Part shown: positions 1 through 9,410 of the stretch, piece by piece
Layout of the letters: every line of letters begins with the position of its first letter
Numbering within the stretch: the first letter of the stretch is position 1
From: Planctomycetota bacterium
GTDB taxonomy: Bacteria > Planctomycetota > UBA1135 > UBA2386
DNA: 64,000 nt
Direction: 5' to 3'
Assembly (NCBI GenBank): GCA_947501605.1
Contig: CANMWZ010000004.1
Coordinates: forward strand, 128,001-192,000
Made by a program: the position numbers and the translations under genes
Notes under the pieces: model-generated
What the model saw: only the letters and a program-made list of their open reading frames with translations
Database searches by the model: none
What the model was told of the DNA's origin: nothing

Positions 1-126
1 CCACTCCGATACGCCGCCGACGACGGCAACCAGCAGCAGCGCGGCGACCGCTGGTCCAAACGGGCTCCAGGTCGCAAACGCGGTGCGCGCGCGCACGCGG
101 CGAGGGGGATGGGGCCAGTTCGACAT
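1..126 (-). CDS. 5' part of a membrane protein running off the window edge, probable paralog of 173-985
   Basis: Hand translation from ATG at 126: MSNWPHPPRRVRARTAFATWSPFGPAVAALLLVAVVGGVSEW. PPRRV plus a hydrophobic helix mirrors PPAPRRV plus TM of the neighbour. Confidence 0.6.
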   Translation of the reverse strand, partial: MSNWPHPPRRVRARTAFATWSPFGPAVAALLLVAVVGGVSEW

Positions 127-172
127 GGCGCGGATCGTGGCGAACGCAGCGTGCGGATGCGAGTGGCCGCGT

Positions 173-985
173 TCAGAGCTTCAGCAGCGCCGCGGGATCG
201 ACACGGCCGAGATCGGGACCGAAGTCGGCAGGCAGCACCAGTCGGCAGTGCTGTGGGAACCGGCGGTCGTGAAGTACGGGTACGCGCTCTGGGCTCTCGC
301 GATCGATCCGCTGCAACAACCTCGCGCCGAGCCGGCTGTGCACTCGCACCCAGTGCCGACTGGTGCGCGTTTGCGCGCGGTGGTCCTTGAAGGTGAAGCG
401 CACGGACAGACTCTCTGGCAGGCAGAATCGCACGTGGCGAACTTCGAGCACCTGCGCGACGCCGACATCGCCGTGCACCAGCACGTGTCGCAGACGCAAG
501 ACGCCCACGAGCCAGCCGAGGCCGAGCAAGAGCCCCGGGACGACCAGGAGTAGGAAGGTGTGCGTCGGATTGAACTGCGGTGCGCGCAGCTTGACGGGAG
601 CGCCCGCGATGCGGTTGAGCGTCGGTGTGCCCAGTCGGTACTCAACGGGCACTCCTTGGCCTTCTCTCCAAGTGCCGCCCGGCACGCGCGACGTGCCCGT
701 CCAGGTCTGGCCGTCGGCATAGAACTCGTAGTCGACCCGCTGGCTCGCCTCGGCGTCGGTGGCGACGGCGCGCACGACGGCAACTACCGCGGCGCGAGCG
801 CCCTGTTCCAAGCGCTCGGCTTCGACAAACACACCGCTGTTGGCCAAGAAGAACAGCCAGGTCACCACCCCGCCGTAGACGGACAAGGCAAAGGTCGCGG
901 CTGCGAGCGGCCAGCGGTAGCCGAGAACTCTGCCCCAAGACACGCGGCGCGGAGCTGGGGGGATGCGTTGGACCTCGGCGGGCAC
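173..985 (-). CDS. DUF3592-like membrane protein
   Basis: Two TM segments flank a beta-rich region (RVDYEFYADGQTWTG...GQGVPVEY), and a second similar unit follows (VRFTFKDHRAQT...VPVLHD). Confidence 0.6.
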   Translation of the reverse strand: MPAEVQRIPPAPRRVSWGRVLGYRWPLAAATFALSVYGGVVTWLFFLANSGVFVEAERLEQGARAAVVAVVRAVATDAEASQRVDYEFYADGQTWTGTSRVPGGTWREGQGVPVEYRLGTPTLNRIAGAPVKLRAPQFNPTHTFLLLVVPGLLLGLGWLVGVLRLRHVLVHGDVGVAQVLEVRHVRFCLPESLSVRFTFKDHRAQTRTSRHWVRVHSRLGARLLQRIDRESPERVPVLHDRRFPQHCRLVLPADFGPDLGRVDPAALLKL

Positions 986-1110
986 CCGGGGAGTCTACGG
1001 GCAGATCGTCGGGTTCGCAGCCGGCGGTCTCGCTCCGTAGGTCGCGAACCCGCGCTGCGCCCCCACTCCGGGTAGCGCCTGCCCGCGCCGTCCGTAGACT
1101 CCGCCAGCTC

Positions 1111-3663
1111 ATGACTCCTCTGCTGCGCACGCTGTGGCTGTTTCTGGTCCTTGCTGTCGCTCTGCCCGCGCAGGGTGTTGCGGCCGCTGGCGACCCCGCC
1201 AAGAAGGAAGCGGATCTCATCCGCACTGCTTCCGGGGTACTGACGACCTTCGCGCGCACGGCGCAGACCCACAAGGTCGCGACGCGCAGCAAGCAAGCCC
1301 TGGACCTCATCCTCTCGGTTTACGACCCCGAGAACGCCAACGCTCGCCGCGACCTCGGCTTCAAGAAGGAGAAGAGCGGGTGGGTCCCCTTGCCACCCGA
1401 GAAGCGCAAGAAGTGGCAGGACAAGGCCAACTACGAGGGGCGCTTCAAGGTCATGGACGAGTGGTACAAGACCTCGATCAAGCTGGGCCAGCTGCATCGC
1501 GAAGTCGGCCTCGCGTTCAAGACTGCCGGCAACGCCGAGAAGGCGACGTTCCATCTCGAGAAGGCGGTCTACTACAACGCCAATGATCGCGACGCCAACA
1601 TCGCGCTGGGCCTCAAGGAGGGCCCCGGGTTCTTCGGCACAGAAGCGCAGATTGCCTACGCGGCGCGCATGAAGCAGATCGAGCAGAAGGCCGTCGAGCT
1701 GGCGCGCAAACAGGACTACACGGTCACGCAGTTGCCGCTCGACCAGATGCCCGAGGAGCTGAAGACCCTGCAGCTCAGCGTGCCGGACTTCATGAAGAAG
1801 CCGAACATCGACATCTTCGGCGCGAAGTCGGCGCACTTCACGGTGTGGACGCGCGGCACGCAGGAGAATGCCGACGATGCCGTGCGGTGGGGCGAGCGCG
1901 CGCTCGACTTCGGCGTGTTCTTGCTCGGTGAGCAGAACGCCAAGAAGTTGCAGTTCGTGAAGCGTGCAGAGACGGCCTACGCGTGGCGCGGCTTCTTGTT
2001 CACCGCTCGCGAGCGCGAGGAGCTGGTGAAGGCCAATGCGAACATCTGGGCGGGAATGAAGGACTACAAGGAGGCCATGCGCTTCGCGAACACGGCGTGG
2101 AGCGCCAAGGAGGGCTTTGCCGAGGTCAAACTCGGTGGTTCGCCGAAGTCGATCCATGACACGATGATCGCCTCGGTCTTCATGTCCGGACTCTGTCAGC
2201 AGCGCAACGACGGCGTCGGCCAGGGGATCATCCATGCGGTGACGTGGTACATGAAGGCCACATCGATCGCGCGCTGGGGTGCGCTCCCGGAAGGCACGCA
2301 GGGCGAAGATGCGCTGGAGTTGCCCGAGGGCACCAACTGGTGGCTTCGCACCGTGCGGGACCAGGCCACTTCGAACCAGGACTGGGAGCTCGGCCAGATT
2401 CCGCGTGAGAAGCTGTCGCGCTTCCGCAACGACTGTCGCCTCAAAGCGTGGAGCTTCATGACCTGGGCGATCGCCGCCTATCCGGACACTTGGCTGTCGT
2501 TCTTTCTCGAGTTGCCGGATGCCGATACCAAGATCCCGACGCTCGAGGATGTCGAGGCCGTAGTGGTGAAGACGCTCGGCAAGCCATCGGCGGTGATCGA
2601 TGCCGAGTGGCGCGAATGGGCACGCGGCGACTCCGGCGTGGCCTTCGGCACCGGCTACGGCCCGCCCCAGTTGCCCGAGCGGCCGAGCGCCATCGAGCTC
2701 GCCGCGGTCGAGCGCGTCAACGAACTGCGCGCCTTCCACTGTGCCTACACTTGGGCTGAGGGCGTCGACATGCGCCAGGGTGCGCTCGGTCCGTTGAGCG
2801 TCTGCGAGCTCGACGCCGAATCGTCCTTTGCCTGCGAGGCACACGCGAGCTACGTCAACAACCACCGCGAGCTGGCGGAGATGCCTGGCCCCGAGATCCA
2901 CGAAGAGAATCCGGCACACGAGGACTTCTCCCGCCGTGGTCAGCTTGCCGGCGGCGGCAACATCGTGACCAGCAATGCCGAGCGCGGGGCCGAGTTCGCG
3001 CGCGAGACCGTCGACCTCTGGGTCGGTGTGCCGTACCACCGCTTCCCGATGCTCGAGCCCAACATCAAGCGGCTTGGCTACTCGTTCCTCACCTCGAGTG
3101 ACTTCTCGGTCGCGGTGCTCGACATGCACTCTCTGGCCGAGCCCTATGATCCGGCGACGGCGCCGCGCTTCATCCTGTGGCCGCCGCCCGACTCAACGGG
3201 CATCCCAAGCAACTTCCCGTCGCCGGAGAGCCCGAACCCGCTGGCCGACCAGCCGGAGAACGAGCAAGACGTGACCAAGTGCGGCTACCCGATCAGTCTG
3301 CAATTGCAGAGCCAGCTCGCCCTCCAGGTCGCCGATTCGAGCATCGAGCTGTTCGAATCGCGCAAGGGCGGCAAGCCGCCGACGCAGCACTTGGTCAACC
3401 AGAGCGCCGACGGTGCGATTTGGAAGGCCTGGACCGAGCGCTGCAAGCCGGAACCGGTGCCGATCTGGGTGCACACGCCCAAGGTTCCACTCAACAAGAA
3501 GCTCGACTTGCGCGATGTGATCTTCTGCTTGCCGAAGGAGGGGCTTGAGAAGAGCAAGACCTACCAGGCCCGGGTCAAGCTGCAGATCGGGACCAACGAT
3601 CCGATGGTCTTCGTGTGGGAGTTCTCCACGGGCACATCCGCACGGGATCTGACGATCAAGTAG
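1111..3663 (+). CDS. Secreted CAP (SCP/PR-1)-domain multidomain protein
   Basis: Signal peptide MTPLLRTLWLFLVLAVALPAQ. CAP motifs VNELRA...AHASYV...HEE...VDLWVGVPYHRFPML. Strong codon bias. Confidence 0.75.
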   Translation: MTPLLRTLWLFLVLAVALPAQGVAAAGDPAKKEADLIRTASGVLTTFARTAQTHKVATRSKQALDLILSVYDPENANARRDLGFKKEKSGWVPLPPEKRKKWQDKANYEGRFKVMDEWYKTSIKLGQLHREVGLAFKTAGNAEKATFHLEKAVYYNANDRDANIALGLKEGPGFFGTEAQIAYAARMKQIEQKAVELARKQDYTVTQLPLDQMPEELKTLQLSVPDFMKKPNIDIFGAKSAHFTVWTRGTQENADDAVRWGERALDFGVFLLGEQNAKKLQFVKRAETAYAWRGFLFTAREREELVKANANIWAGMKDYKEAMRFANTAWSAKEGFAEVKLGGSPKSIHDTMIASVFMSGLCQQRNDGVGQGIIHAVTWYMKATSIARWGALPEGTQGEDALELPEGTNWWLRTVRDQATSNQDWELGQIPREKLSRFRNDCRLKAWSFMTWAIAAYPDTWLSFFLELPDADTKIPTLEDVEAVVVKTLGKPSAVIDAEWREWARGDSGVAFGTGYGPPQLPERPSAIELAAVERVNELRAFHCAYTWAEGVDMRQGALGPLSVCELDAESSFACEAHASYVNNHRELAEMPGPEIHEENPAHEDFSRRGQLAGGGNIVTSNAERGAEFARETVDLWVGVPYHRFPMLEPNIKRLGYSFLTSSDFSVAVLDMHSLAEPYDPATAPRFILWPPPDSTGIPSNFPSPESPNPLADQPENEQDVTKCGYPISLQLQSQLALQVADSSIELFESRKGGKPPTQHLVNQSADGAIWKAWTERCKPEPVPIWVHTPKVPLNKKLDLRDVIFCLPKEGLEKSKTYQARVKLQIGTNDPMVFVWEFSTGTSARDLTIK

Positions 3664-3780
3664 CGGATGCTTGCAACGCGATAGAGCACGACCACAATCG
3701 GTCGCCGATTTCACGGTCGCGTGCGCACGAACGCCGCTCGCGACCGCCGTTCCGAGTCCCAACCAACGTCGAGTCAATCC

Positions 3781-4701
3781 ATGGCTTCCCGCACCGCCGA
3801 GATCCTGAGCTGGTACGAGTCCGACAACCCCGGTGTCCTCAAGAACCTCCATTGGATGATGCACACCGGCAATCTCGCCGGGACCGGCAAGTTCGTCATC
3901 CTGCCAGTCGACCAAGGCTTCGAACACGGTCCGGCGCGCTCATTCGCCAAGAACGCACCGGGCTACGACCCGCACTACCACTTTGAGCTCGCGCTCGCAG
4001 CGGGCTGCAACGCCTACGCTGCGCCGCTGGGTTTTCTCGAAGCCGGGGCACGGACCTTCGCCGGCCGCATCCCCACGATTCTCAAGCTCAACAACAGCGA
4101 CTCGCTGTTCTCGGGCAAGAACCCGATGCCGGCTCTCACCGGCTCGGTCAAGGAGGCTCTGCGCCTGGGCTGTGCGGCGATCGGATTCACCATCTATCCG
4201 GGCAGCAGCTTTCGCAACGACATGTACGGCGAGCTGCGGGCTCTGACCGAGGAGGCGAAGGCCAACGGCCTCGTCGTCGTCGTCTGGAGCTACCCGCGTG
4301 GCGAAGGTCTCAGCAAGCAAGGTGAGACGGCGATCGATGTCACGGCCTACGCGGCGCAGATTGCGGCGCAACTCGGCGCCCACATCATCAAGGTCAAGCC
4401 GCCGACCGAGCACATGGAGCAGGACGCAGCCAAGAAGGTCTACGAGGCCGAGAAGATCCCCGTCGCCACGCTGGCAGAGCGCGTGAAGCACGTGGTGCAG
4501 AGTTCCTTCGGCGGCCGCCGCATCGTCATCTTCAGCGGCGGCGAGGCCAAAGGTACCGAGGAGGTGCTGAAGGAAATCCAGGGCATCGCCGACGGTGGTG
4601 GTTTTGGTTCGATCCTCGGCCGCAACGCGTTCCAGCGACCGAAGGCCGATGCGATCAAGCTGCTGGCCGCGATCCAGGACATCTACCGCAAGGCGAAGTG
4701 A
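3781..4701 (+). CDS. fbaB: Class I fructose-bisphosphate aldolase (DhnA/FbaB type)
   Basis: ILPVDQGFEHGP, WSYPRG, AAQLGAHIIKVK, GGFGSILGRNAFQR. Confidence 0.93.
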   Translation: MASRTAEILSWYESDNPGVLKNLHWMMHTGNLAGTGKFVILPVDQGFEHGPARSFAKNAPGYDPHYHFELALAAGCNAYAAPLGFLEAGARTFAGRIPTILKLNNSDSLFSGKNPMPALTGSVKEALRLGCAAIGFTIYPGSSFRNDMYGELRALTEEAKANGLVVVVWSYPRGEGLSKQGETAIDVTAYAAQIAAQLGAHIIKVKPPTEHMEQDAAKKVYEAEKIPVATLAERVKHVVQSSFGGRRIVIFSGGEAKGTEEVLKEIQGIADGGGFGSILGRNAFQRPKADAIKLLAAIQDIYRKAK

Positions 4702-4766
4702 TGGCGCCCGGAGGCGTCCGCCGCGCGCCCTTTTCTAGTGCGCTTGGCTTTCCGTAGGCCAGGCCT

Positions 4767-5789
4767 TCAGTAGGTCTGGTACTCGAGCGAGCCGACGAGT
4801 GCTCGCACGATCTGCTGCGGCTTGCCGCCCTTGTGCAACAGTGCCGCAGTGAAGGTGTCGAGCTCCTTGTCGTTCGGCGCGCGCGCGAGGTAGCGGAGGA
4901 AGCACGCCGCCACGAAGGCGCGTTCCTCGCCGGCCGCGGTCAAGGGCAGCTTGGCCTGCGGACTGTCGAGCACGACCTTGGCGAGTACCGAGCGCAGCGG
5001 TGCCGGATCGGCCATCGCGTTCATCGCGTTGCGTAGGTTGCGCAGTTCTTCGGCGTCGGGCGCCCGTTCGAGCAAGTCGATGTACAAGCCGCGCAAGAAC
5101 TGGCGCTCGCTCTTCGGCCGCCGCCGCTGCGTCTCCTGCAGATAGGTGTCCGACTGCAGCCATTCGCCGAGCACGGGGAAGAACTCGGTGAAGTCCGCGT
5201 GCACCCGGGCGACGGTCGCATCCCCATCAACGAGCGGGGTGCCGAGCAGGCGTCGGTGCTGGCGGTCGAGCAGCGTGCGAGCAAACTCGCGATGCGCGAG
5301 TGCGATCTGCACGAGGTCACTCTGACTGCCAGCAGCGGCATCGAGGAACTTCGTCTTCTTGCCGTCGTACGCCTTCTTGCCCGCCTCGAGGATCGGCTTC
5401 ACCGCTTTGTCCTGTACCCGGTAACCGAGGCACTGCTCCAGCAAGACGGTGACGAACGTGTCATTGCCTGGGTTGCGCAGCGAGAAGCCGGTCGAGAGCA
5501 GGATCTCGGCGGTCGCGGAGCGGGCGTCGAGGTCGCCCTTCTGCAGCCGCGTCGGGATGCGATCGACGGACTCGCCACCCGGTCGAAAGCGATCGAGCAG
5601 CAAGAAGTAGTACAGCTGCTCCTCGAACCACTCGCTCTTGGCCTCGCGGCTGCCGAGCAGCCGTTTGACCAGGATCGCAACATCGAGCCCGAGGTAGCTG
5701 CGGCGCTCGGCATCGGTCGGCCCGCGTTGGAGCAGGTCGTAGCAGAGCCGCAGCAGGAGGCGGGGGGTGACTTCGCCGCGTGCGGGCAT
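4767..5789 (-). CDS. Hypothetical protein with three DUF1549/DUF1553-like helical motifs
   Basis: LRLCYDLLQRGPTDAE, FLRGLYIDLLERAPDAEEL, FVAACFLRYLARAPNDKEL. Confidence 0.6.
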   Translation of the reverse strand: MPARGEVTPRLLLRLCYDLLQRGPTDAERRSYLGLDVAILVKRLLGSREAKSEWFEEQLYYFLLLDRFRPGGESVDRIPTRLQKGDLDARSATAEILLSTGFSLRNPGNDTFVTVLLEQCLGYRVQDKAVKPILEAGKKAYDGKKTKFLDAAAGSQSDLVQIALAHREFARTLLDRQHRRLLGTPLVDGDATVARVHADFTEFFPVLGEWLQSDTYLQETQRRRPKSERQFLRGLYIDLLERAPDAEELRNLRNAMNAMADPAPLRSVLAKVVLDSPQAKLPLTAAGEERAFVAACFLRYLARAPNDKELDTFTAALLHKGGKPQQIVRALVGSLEYQTY

Positions 5790-5993
5790 CGCGGCATCCT
5801 ACCGGACGACTGCGCCACGAAGAGATCGGCAGCGCGGGCAAAGTCCGCTGGGACCAAGTCGCCGGCGAACCCACGCGCGCGCTGGCCACCGCTACGGGGC
5901 AAGGCTCGAGTTCGAACGTGCCCGTGTGGAACCAGGCACCGGCTACGGCGCGCTGGCCTCGGCGCGCCTACTGGCCGTATCGTGTCGCCTCTC

Positions 5994-6494
5994 ATGGCGA
6001 CCATCACGTTCAAAGGCAATCCCGTTCAGACCTCCGGAAACCTGCCGCAGAAGGGCCAGAAGGCACCCTCGTTTGCGCTGGTCAAGACCGATCTGTCGAC
6101 CGTCACCAACAAGGATTTGGCCGGCAAGACCATCGTGCTCAACATCTTCCCGAGCATCGACACTGGCACGTGCGCGACCTCGGTCCGCACCTTCAACAAG
6201 AGCGCCGCTGACTACCCGAACGCGGTCGTGCTGTGTGTGTCGAAGGACCTGCCTTTCGCGCACAAGCGGTTCTGCGGTGCCGAGGGCATCGACAAGGTGC
6301 ACGCGGTGAGCGCCTTCCGTGGTCCGGACTTTGGCCGCGACTACGGCCTTACGGTCGTCGACGGACCTCTGGCGGGTCTGCTCGCGCGCGCCGTCGTGGT
6401 CATCGACAGTTTGGGCAACGTCGTGCACAGCGAACTCGTGGCCGAGCTTGCGCACGAACCCAACTATGCCGCCGCGGCAGCGGCAATCCGCTGA
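5994..6494 (+). CDS. tpx: Thiol peroxidase (atypical 2-Cys peroxiredoxin)
   Basis: MATITFKGNPV, NIFPSIDTGTC, DLPFAHKRFCGAEG, EPNY. Confidence 0.95.
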   Translation: MATITFKGNPVQTSGNLPQKGQKAPSFALVKTDLSTVTNKDLAGKTIVLNIFPSIDTGTCATSVRTFNKSAADYPNAVVLCVSKDLPFAHKRFCGAEGIDKVHAVSAFRGPDFGRDYGLTVVDGPLAGLLARAVVVIDSLGNVVHSELVAELAHEPNYAAAAAAIR

Positions 6495-6502
6495 CCTTCG
6501 CG

Positions 6503-8980
6503 ATGCGAGCCGTGACCTCGCCGGAAGCGATCTCCGAGCGCAGCAGTAGTTGCGGTCGGCGTTGCCGCTCGCCGGCTGCTTCGCGGGCTCGCCGCGGAAT
6601 CGACATCGTCCGCACCGACGATGGTCCTGGCCGACCGTCGACCTGGCTCGGCTTGCTTCGCCGACTGGTCCGAAGCCCATTCTTGGCCTGCCTCGGCGCA
6701 CTGCTCTGCTGCGATCGACTCGCGGCGCAGCACGACGGGAAGAGCGCAGCGGCGGGCAGCGAACTCGACGCGCAGCGGATCACCGGACCGGAGTTCCGCG
6801 CCGCGCGCTTTGGTCCAACGCGGTGGCTCGATGGGACGCACTTCGCGACTCTCGAACGCGACGACGAACGACGCGCGTTCGAACTCGTGCGCCACGATGC
6901 CGTCACCGGCGCGCGCGAAGTGTTGATCCCAGCGCATTCGCTGCGCAAGAGCGGCTACGAGTTGCCACTGCAAGTCGAGGACTACGCGATGGCCAAGAAG
7001 GCCGGCGAATTCCTGGTCTTCACCGACAGTCAGCGGGTGTGGCGCCAGAACACGCGCGGCGAGTACTTCGTGGTGCGTCCTCTGGCGGCGCCGCAGCCTC
7101 GTCGCGTTGGCGGTTCGCTGCCGAAGTCGTCGCTGATGTTTGCGAAGTACTCGCCCGACGGCACCAAGATCGCCTTCGTCTCGGGCAATGAGATCTGGGT
7201 CCAGGACGATCTGGCGAAGGAGCCGCGGCAATTGACCACGGGCGGCTCGAGCACCGTGATTCACGGCACCTTCGACTGGGTCTACGAGGAAGAGTTCGAT
7301 TGTCGCGACGGCTTCCGCTTCAGCCCGGACGGATCGCGCATTGCCTTCTGGGAACTCGACTGCTCGGGCGTCGGCGAGTTCCTCATGATCGACAATCTTG
7401 CGGATCGCTACAGCAAGGTCGTCCCCGTGCAGTATCCCAAAGCGGGCACGAAGAACTCCGCGTGTCGCATCGGCGTGATCGACACGGCCGGCGGTGACGT
7501 GACGTGGGTGGCGGTTCCGGGTGACCCGCGTGAGACCTACCTGCCGCGCATGGAATGGCATCCAGACGGCAAGGAGCTGATGGTGCAGTGGCTACCGCGG
7601 CAACAAGACGAACTGCGCATCTATGCCGCCGATGCGACCGATGGCTCGGTGCGCCTCGTGCACACCGAGACGGACGCGGCCTGGGTCGACGTGCGCGACG
7701 ATTTCCGTTGGCTGCAAGGGGGGGGCTCGTACTTCTGGACCAGCGATCGCGACGGCTGGCGTCACGCCTACTCGCAGCCGTGGCAGAAGGGCGAGATCGA
7801 GTTGCTGACACCTGGCGACTACGACGTCAACGCGGTGCTCCACGCCGACCTCGACCAGGGCTCGCTGTACTTTGCGCGCTCGCACCGCACGACCGGGCAA
7901 CAGCTCGCAGCCCTTCTGCCCGGCGGCGTCGAGTTCGTCACGCACGAATGGCGGCAGTCGGGCAGCAAGGACCGCACGAAGTCGCCAGCGATTGCAGAGG
8001 GGTGGCACGACTACGACGTGAGTCCTGACGGTTCGCTGGCGATTCACACGCTGTCGTCGTTCGACGTGCCGCCGCGCATCGAGGTCGTGCGGCTGCCGTC
8101 GCATGAGCCGGTGCGCCAGCTCGAGGACAACGCGGCACTGCGCGCGCGCTACGACACGGTCCAGCGCGGCAAGAACGAGTTCTTCCAGGTTACGACCGCA
8201 GATGGCGTGACGATGGATGGGTGGGCGATGTACCCGCCGACGTTTGATCCGCAGCAGCTCTGGCCGGTCGTCTTCCATGTCTACGGCGAGCCCTGGTCGC
8301 AGACCGTGATGGACACGTGGGCGCTGAAGCACCACCTGTTCCATCGCTGGCTCACGCAGCAGGGCTACATCGTCATGAGCGTCGATGCGCGCGGCACTCC
8401 GGTCCCCAAGGGACGCGCGTGGCGCAAGGCGCTGCACCAGAAGATCGGCGTGCTGAGTTCGCACGACTGGGACCAAGCGGTCGAGGCGCTGTGCCTGCGG
8501 CACACCTGGATGGACCGCTCGCGCCTAGCGATCTGGGGCTGGTCGGGCGGCGGCGCGATGACGTTGAACCTGCTGTTCCGCTACCCCGAGCGCTTTGCGG
8601 CTGGCATGTCGGTGGCCCCCGTGACCGACATCGCGCTGTACGACACCATCTACCAGGGGCGCTACTGCGGGGATCCGCGCCTCGTGCCCGAGGTCTACCG
8701 CAACTGTTCGCCGATCACGTTTGCCGCACAGTTGCGAGGCGCCCTGTTGCTGGTGCATGGCACCGGCGACGACAACGTGCATTGGCAGCACAGCGAGCGG
8801 TTGTTCGACGCCCTGGTAGCTGCTGGCAAGCGATTTGAGTACCTGGCCTACCCCAATCGGACGCACGCGATCGCCGAGGGCGAAGGCACCAGGACGCATC
8901 TCTACGATAGCCTCGCCGACTTCGTGCGACGGCGGGTGGCGGCTGGACCTCGCCAGTTGCCGACCGAAGTGGGCCGCTGA
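6503..8980 (+). CDS. Dipeptidyl peptidase IV, S9B family (true start may lie further downstream)
   Basis: DWVYEEEF, YPKAGTKN, GWSGGG nucleophile, HGTGDDNVH, YPNRTH. Confidence 0.9.
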   Translation: MRAVTSPEAISERSSSCGRRCRSPAASRARRGIDIVRTDDGPGRPSTWLGLLRRLVRSPFLACLGALLCCDRLAAQHDGKSAAAGSELDAQRITGPEFRAARFGPTRWLDGTHFATLERDDERRAFELVRHDAVTGAREVLIPAHSLRKSGYELPLQVEDYAMAKKAGEFLVFTDSQRVWRQNTRGEYFVVRPLAAPQPRRVGGSLPKSSLMFAKYSPDGTKIAFVSGNEIWVQDDLAKEPRQLTTGGSSTVIHGTFDWVYEEEFDCRDGFRFSPDGSRIAFWELDCSGVGEFLMIDNLADRYSKVVPVQYPKAGTKNSACRIGVIDTAGGDVTWVAVPGDPRETYLPRMEWHPDGKELMVQWLPRQQDELRIYAADATDGSVRLVHTETDAAWVDVRDDFRWLQGGGSYFWTSDRDGWRHAYSQPWQKGEIELLTPGDYDVNAVLHADLDQGSLYFARSHRTTGQQLAALLPGGVEFVTHEWRQSGSKDRTKSPAIAEGWHDYDVSPDGSLAIHTLSSFDVPPRIEVVRLPSHEPVRQLEDNAALRARYDTVQRGKNEFFQVTTADGVTMDGWAMYPPTFDPQQLWPVVFHVYGEPWSQTVMDTWALKHHLFHRWLTQQGYIVMSVDARGTPVPKGRAWRKALHQKIGVLSSHDWDQAVEALCLRHTWMDRSRLAIWGWSGGGAMTLNLLFRYPERFAAGMSVAPVTDIALYDTIYQGRYCGDPRLVPEVYRNCSPITFAAQLRGALLLVHGTGDDNVHWQHSERLFDALVAAGKRFEYLAYPNRTHAIAEGEGTRTHLYDSLADFVRRRVAAGPRQLPTEVGR

Positions 8981-9158
8981 GCGCCGCCAGATCGGAACCG
9001 GAGCGTTGGCGGCCGGGGTGGTCGACTGCTGGCACCTCGACGACAGGACGCACCGACGGGACGCACGGGTGAGCCATTCGCCGCGGTAGTTCGGTCCCTG
9101 CCGCTGGTGGTCGACCAGCCTTAGAGGCCATCAGCCAGGGGCGCATCGGCAAGGGGCC

Positions 9159-9195
9159 AAAAAAACTGCCTCGGCGAGCACACACTCGCCGAGGC
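9159..9195 (-). terminator. Rho-independent terminator
   Basis: Perfect 11-bp stem GCCTCGGCGAG/CTCGCCGAGGC (9168-9178, 9185-9195) with a 6-nt loop, followed on the minus strand by AG and 7 U (A-run 9159-9165). Confidence 0.88.
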
Positions 9196-9239
9196 GATCC
9201 CTGCCACCGGGCTCAGGCCCCAATGCATTCATTCCACCG
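9159..9239 (-). ncRNA. Candidate sigma54-dependent small RNA (~80 nt)
   Basis: Lies between a sigma54 motif and an intrinsic terminator. Internal hairpin GGGC-CUGA-GCCC. No complete ORF in the interval. Confidence 0.55.
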
Positions 9240-9249
9240 CCCGCCACCT

Positions 9250-9265
9250 AGCGAGCGCCGTGCCA
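9250..9265 (-). promoter_or_regulatory. sigma54 (-24/-12) promoter
   Basis: Minus strand TGGCACGGCGCTCGCT versus consensus TGGCACG-N4-TTGCW: one mismatch, exact GG-N10-GC spacing. Confidence 0.7.
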
Positions 9266-9410
9266 TGGCCTCAGGAGTTTTGTGGTGGAAAATGTAAGCC
9301 TATTGCCAGAAGGCGATTGGCATGCCATTCCACATATTGCCCCCACGATCTCTAGTGCCTCCGCCGGCCGGGAACCGGCGGATTTCCGTCATCCAGGCGT
9401 CAGGCCGCCG

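Noticed and set aside
862..3129. 755-aa antisense ORF, and similar long ORFs such as 11731-13713, 22181-24589, 26042-27691 and 57683-58972
   Set aside because: They shadow well-supported genes, are Arg/Ala-rich with no motifs, and are expected from stop-codon scarcity in high-GC DNA.
9131..9232. Short minus-strand ORF MNALGPEPGG... as a leader peptide
   Set aside because: It runs through the terminator, has no RBS or regulatory codon run, and there is no downstream minus-strand gene to attenuate.
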